A DNA stretch of 64,000 nucleotides from Schmidtea nova (taxonomy: Eukaryota). The notes under the pieces are model-generated. The model made no database searches. It saw only the letters and a program-made list of their open reading frames with translations, and had not been told where the DNA came from. Shown piece by piece: positions 58,411 to 64,000 of this stretch (positions are counted from its first letter, which is position 1; every line of letters begins with the position of its first letter). Position numbers and translations under genes: made by a program. Location of the stretch: contig CM097883.1 of NCBI GenBank assembly GCA_044892505.1, forward strand, positions 314,588,001 to 314,652,000. The letters run 5' to 3'.

Positions 58411-59184
58411 CCAGTTCCTTCAAATAATTATTATTAAATAAATTCTGCTCTTTAGTTTTTTCAAATATTTATGGGTATTTTATGGCTCGGTTATCTTTCT
58501 CCCTTGATTTTAGTCTATTCTATCTGTATTGCAATATTAATTGTACTTTACCTCGTCGTAATTCATCTTAGACAATTCTTTTATTAACTTCATCACTTTG
58601 TATTTTTCAGTGTTTTGTTGCTTTTATTATTTTGGTAATTATGTTTCTTGTCACTTACTTCTCTAAATCGATGTAATTCTTTTTAATTATTCTATATCCT
58701 TGCTTCTTGTGGTCTTTATGTCCTTTCTTATGATATCTCGAATTCTCTCGAATTTAGTTGTTTTACTCTTGTTGTCTTCACTATTTTCTCTAGACGATGA
58801 TTCTTAGTTTATTTGTCTTAGGTTTTATTTCACACAATTATTATCTATTCGTTCCTACAACTTTTACTTGATCGTACAACTATTGTTTTAATTGTTTATA
58901 ACACTTTTATTTTACTTGTTCGATTTTTACTCCGTTCTATCCTTTGTTATTTTACTTTAACTATGTATGCTGGTTTTTTTCCAGTCAGTATTTAGACTAC
59001 ATCATCAGCTTGTCTCTCGTATCCTTTTAATCCTCTGGTGCGCACCTTTTAACTCTATGAAACTCTAATCGTCGACGACTTTATTTTCCTCAATCGCTAT
59101 TACTATTTCTACTATTCGGATAGTTTTTAATATGACTCTCTTTAATCTAATAATTTCTATAATAAACCCTTGACCTCTTTCAAA

Positions 59185-59470
59185 TTATTTTATGCCCCTT
59201 TTAATATATTGACGGCTCTATATGTCCCTTGGCCTCAATTTTATTTTATGTCCCTTTTAATATATTCAAGGCTCTATATGTCCCTTGGCCTCAATTTTAT
59301 TTTATGTCCCTTTTAATATATTCATGGCTCTATATGTCCCTTGGCCTCAATTTTATTTTATGTTCCTTTTAATATATTCATGGCTCTATATGTCCCTTGG
59401 CCTCAATTTTATTGTATGTCCCTTTTAATATATTCATGGCTCTATATGTCCTTTGGCCTCAATTTTATTT
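59185..59470. repeat. 56 bp tandem array (~5 copies)
   Basis: TTGGCCTCAA recurs at 59285, 59341 and 59397. Confidence 0.93.
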
Positions 59471-59851
59471 TATGTTTCTCACATGGCACACTGGCCCTAT
59501 TTATCCTATTCTGAGTTGATTTTCCATTTATTTTATTCTAGACCGGTCTATTCATGGCTGTTAATTATCGGCAACTATATTTACTAATCTCAGTTGATTA
59601 ATTCCTACTACCTCTATTCATTCTTACTTCTACAACGTCGTTTTATTCTGATTTTTGGGTATTCTCGTTTTTATGCTATAGTCTTTTATCGTTACTTAAT
59701 TGTTATTCATGCAGCTAGCTTTTATTTCACTTTCCTTATTCGCTATATTTACCTGGTTAGTTTCAATTGTTACTTTTCCTTTGCTTTCTTGGTTCTGACA
59801 GCGATGTTTCTACTATGTTTCAAATTCTCGTGATGTTTTATTAGTTTAATT

Positions 59852-60109
59852 TTATTCCTTGTAAGCGTACAGATTTTCTCTCTTGCTTTTATAATTTAAC
59901 CATTCACGGTGTATTTTTATATTACCTATTCTTATTGCGCACTTTTTATAATTTATATTCGTTATGGGATTTCCTTCACTTCCTGACTCTAGATAAGAGA
60001 CAATCGCACTAGTCCATTCCAGAATCGCGTGGTGATCAGTCACACACAAGAATTTTCCAGCCTCTGCGATGGTACCCAGTCTCTCATCCTTCATCGAGGT
60101 AATTTCCAA
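59852..60109 (-). CDS. Small conserved leader ORF (CVTDHH...WT.AI)
   Basis: 85 aa ORF with a homolog at 10858-11010. Confidence 0.55.
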   Translation of the reverse strand: MEITSMKDERLGTIAEAGKFLCVTDHHAILEWTSAIVSYLESGSEGNPITNINYKKCAIRIGNIKIHREWLNYKSKRENLYAYKE

Positions 60110-61149
60110 ATTATTATATCGTACTACCTTTGTGGTAGCTCAAAAATTTGTTTTACTATTACCTAACAAGGTATTCAACATACACTAAATTGAAAATAAT
60201 TGGTTCTATTCAAATGATTTGGTTCTAAATCTTTTCCTTTTTAATTTACCCATCTTTTAGTTTGATTTCCCTACCAGCCAGTCTTTATTCGGTTACTTTG
60301 TGATCTACTATCGTCTATCTTAATTTTGTTACCCCTCTTTTTACTTTATTTTGTCTCTACCCCGTTATTTCTGGGTTCTGTTTTGAGTTTAGCTCATTTG
60401 TTTTAATTGTCCTTTTACACGATTTTACTTTTGCTTCCGTTCATTTCGTTTAATTTTTATTATTCGTCTCTGTTCATAATGTTTACTGTTGTTTGTTTCC
60501 CCCGATTCCCCGGTCTTACTTTATTAGACCTGCTTTCCTTCTCGTCGAATTTATCTTTTAAGTAGGCATGTCATTCGTTTTTGATAGTTTTAATTTCCGG
60601 TTAGTGTTTTCTTTTAATATTTTCTGTGGTGTTCTCTCCGCGGTTTCCTCCAAATGTCGTCCTCGACATAATGTTCGTTTTGTATTTGTTAACGTCGTAT
60701 ATGTTGTTTGCAATTTATCTTTGATCTTGACTTTTTCTCTTTGAGTAACGTAGTTCTCGTCCGATAAGTTTTCAGTTTGTGTATTTTCACTGGTTATTTA
60801 CTACTTTTTGTGCTTTTACTTTTACTTTTGATTGGTTCGACTTTTGCCCATCATCCTTTCTGATACCAACTCGGATTGTCTTTTAGTTACCTCTTGATTC
60901 ACTACTAACTTCCTTATAACTTTCATATCTTTCGCAAAAATGTTTTTATTCATTTACATTAGTTGTTTTTACATTTCTTTTACTTTCGGCTTTAAAGTGG
61001 TTATTTCTTTTGTTTTATTCAATCATACTTCCTTTCCCACCTTTATTGAAACGTTCCTCTATGCAAATTTTCCGACAGATTCTAAGTACTTGTCCTTTAT
61101 TCCCTCACATTTTACTATCTGCTCATGATATTTCTCACTAAAGCCACAT

Positions 61150-62620
61150 CAAAACATAATACTTTGTACTAATTGTATTCCATTTGTTAATTTCGACATA
61201 GTTTCTGTAAAGACGCTGTATTTCTTTTTCCCATATTTGCTCTTGCAACTACTAAATTTGATGTATTCCTTGTTTTTCGTTTCATTATGGCTTTAGACGT
61301 TAATCATTGTCTTTTCGCTTAAATTTTCTGCGGGTGCTATTCATTGTAACAAAATGAGTATTTTCCATTTTCGGGCATTATTCATTGTTAGTCAATGCAT
61401 ATTTTCACTTTTGACGTTAATTACTGCAATATTTCCGATTTTGGTGTTATTCACTGTACTGCAATACATACTTTTAATTTTGATGTTGTTCACTGAAATA
61501 TTGCATATACTTTCGCCTTAAATGTTATTCGCTGATATGTCACATATCTTTTCGATTTTGATGATATTCATTGACGCAATATACATTTTCGCCTTTGGTG
61601 TTATTTGTTGAAGCTCCTCATTAAATTTCGATTTTATTGGTTGATTTACAATCCTTTTCCAACTTTTGATGTTAATCAGTGAAATATGTTCGTTCTCATT
61701 ACTTTCGATGCAGTACAATTTTGTTTCGTCAGTTTTGATGTTATTCATTGAATCACGACAACTTTTCCCGCTTTGGTATGTATTCACCGATTTACAATTT
61801 ATTTTACTGCTATTGATGTTATTTACTGAAATGCAGCTTATTTTATCACTATTGCTCTTATTCATTGGAATAAAACTTATTTTAATGCTATAGATCTTAT
61901 TCATTAAACACAACATATTTTAACTCTATTGCTCTTATTCAGCGAAATACAACTTATTTTAACGCTGTTGATCTTATTCACTGAAATATGATTTATTTCT
62001 ACGCTATTGATGTGGTTTGTTGAAATATAACATATTTTTACGTTATTTGTGTTATTTACTGAAATACCACTTAATTTAACCTTATTGTTATGATTTATTG
62101 AAAACTACTTATCTCAACACTATTGATGTTATTGACTGCGACCCAGCTTATTACGTCCACTTTGATGTTGTTCACGGCCATTCGACATATCTTTCTTATT
62201 TTGATGTTAATCATTGTCTTACAACACATTTTTAACTATTCCGGAGTTATTCATTGTCCTATAGCATATTTACCCTATTTTGATGTTATTCACTGTCATA
62301 TTACGCATATTAAATATTTTGATATTATTCATTGTCACATTTTACCTATTTTTATGTTATTCATCGTCATATCAACTATTTTATCTATTTTGATGTTATT
62401 CATTGTCACATAACCTATTTTATCTATTGTGATATTAATCATTGTACTACTATTTATTTTACAGAATTTGCTGTTATTCAATGCAATCTAACCATCCGTT
62501 TTTAGGTGTAATTCAATGTCCGCTTGTTCTACCATTACTTTAGGTGCTATTCACTGTAATACGACTCATCCTACCGAATTCGACGCTATTCATTGCCATA
62601 CAGCTCTTAATATTTGTTTT
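61150..62620. repeat. Degenerate ~33 bp repeat region (TGATGTTATTCA core)
   Basis: The core recurs throughout; the minus strand reads as MNNIK-type 11 aa repeats. Confidence 0.7.
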
Positions 62621-62924
62621 GTACTGAATTTTACTGCTAACTTATTCAACTATCAATCTGAATGCCATTCATTGTCCTTACGATGCTATCACTTGCCTAT
62701 TATAATTTTTTACCTTTATAATTTTTGAATTCAATGAGTTTCGATTTTAATAAATCAATAATTATTCACATCTTCGGTCATGATCTAAATGATTATATTG
62801 ATTGTTGAGCATCTGTTTTAACGAATTTCATAAATTCTATTTCTATTTGGCTTACAAGATCTGATGAGATAAAAGGTTGTTTATGAGAGCGAAGGCGAAT
62901 AACGAGCTGTGTGTTTTATGCTAA

Positions 62925-63600
62925 TGTTGGGCCAAAACTGCAAATTATTTGAATGAAGTGATAACCCCACAAGTAGAGAGCTCGCAAAATTCTACTTTAA
63001 TCAAAAACATCAATTAAAACCCAAGTAGTTGAGCAAAAACACGCCCAAAATTTAAGGTGGACAAAAGCACATTAATAGGTAGAGAACGCGCAGGAGTCTA
63101 ATTCAAAGTCCTTTAACCAAAACATCAAGTAAAAACCAAAAGTGATTAAAAAAAGCACGACTAAATAGCTATAATAGTCAAAAAACACATCGAAAATGCA
63201 CGTAGAGAACGCATTCATGATATAAAACCTCAGTGGTGGAGATTTGGCGTATTTTCAGAAGGAGGATTAAGATTTTATCTTAAAAAGTCATAAAAAATAA
63301 AAGATAAACAATTTTATTCGAAAATGTAACAAATTTAGTCAAATTTGAATAAATTCAATTCAAAAATGGAATTTTGGATCGAAAATAAATTATTTAAAAT
63401 TTTATGAGAATTTTATGTAAAATTATTAATTTGGTTTTGCGGAAAATTGTTGAAATTAATTTCGAGAAAATTAGAAACTCCTTCTAGAACAATTTGTTTT
63501 AATACACCACTGAAAATAATAGGCGAAGACAACTATATATACCGCCATCAAAATGGATTTCGTCACTTCTTATACTTATTTTTCGACAGAATTTTGCTAC
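62925..63600 (+). repeat. LTR-like family B, third copy, inserted into an inverted piece of the same family
   Basis: Starts TGTTGGGCCAAAACTG and is colinear with 35656-36300. The flank 62700-62924 is the reverse complement of ~37045-37240. Confidence 0.75.
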
Positions 63601-64000
63601 TGCCATTTTGAAATTTTCCTTACAAGGCAGACCCTACAAATTGTTCAGAACGACAAAGAAACTCTGCCAGAATTTTTCCTCAAGAATTTCCAAAAATAAA
63701 AATTTTTGAAATATTATAGAAGTGCTTAACTGCCAACCGGGAGAGCCGTGCAAGAAAATCCACTGATAATCCGCATACAGTTTGGTAACCGAATTTGAAT
63801 CTCTCATTAGAGGAAAGATTCCGAAGGGAAAATAAAAAGAATTTGCATATTGCCAACTGAACCCTCAAAGAGAATTTTGCAGTTGCCATACCAAAACTTC
63901 ACAACAGGCGAAATCCCAAAAAGTTTTTTAAGGAAAACTCGGACTAGTAAATTAGGTATTTTACTTTTTGATTATTATAATCGATAAATAATTTTTTTTG

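Larger units (their letters stand above)
54000..62924 (-). mobile_element. Element 2: decayed relative of element 1 (leader + gag; no env or pol recognised)
   Basis: Gag homology plus shared leader landmarks: intron, palindromes, VTDHH ORF and a tandem array. Confidence 0.8.

Noticed and set aside
60633-60868. PBS candidates for element 2 (TGGAGGAAACCGCGG; TGGTATCAGAAAGG)
   Set aside because: Neither gives an extended match to a tRNA 3' end that I can verify, both lie in protein-like frames, and no LTR end abuts them.
1-64000. Prokaryotic, phage or defence-island interpretation; rRNA genes
   Set aside because: Spliceosomal introns, hnRNP and calcineurin sequences and eukaryotic TE superfamilies are present; no operons or rRNA/tRNA genes were recognised.

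Overview
AT-rich eukaryotic (invertebrate) scaffold with two N gaps, short ~50-60 nt introns and dense nested transposons. The host cannot be identified from sequence; a flatworm/planarian-like host is only a guess. One intact host gene is evident (hnRNP A/B-like, 48350-49472), plus an intronless calcineurin B pseudogene and decayed hAT, piggyBac and Tc1 elements. The main result is the 5' half of a giant Ty3/gypsy element on the minus strand (1-15687, running off the left edge). Its largest frame (4351 to 2, ~1450 codons, no stop inside the window) is missing from the ORF track. By manual translation the order is: 3.5 kb LTR (AGTT...AATT termini, next to a TA tract) containing two accessory ORFs and structured RNA motifs; tRNA-Pro PBS; IAP-type RING ORF; small conserved ORF; tandem array and palindromes; a 4-codon first exon and 61 nt intron; then a polyprotein of Gag (capsid + 3 zinc knuckles), two ubiquitin-like domains, a Bcl-2-like domain, a chuvirus/herpes-gB-like class III glycoprotein, aspartic protease and the start of RT. 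An Env placed in frame before protease, together with apoptosis/ubiquitin modules, is the most unusual feature. Diverged relatives of the LTR cassette (32.3-35.5, 42.1-45.2, 45.8-46.6, 52.1-53.8 kb) and a second decayed Gag element (54-63 kb) provide internal comparative support. All domain calls come from motif recognition by eye, not from database searches.
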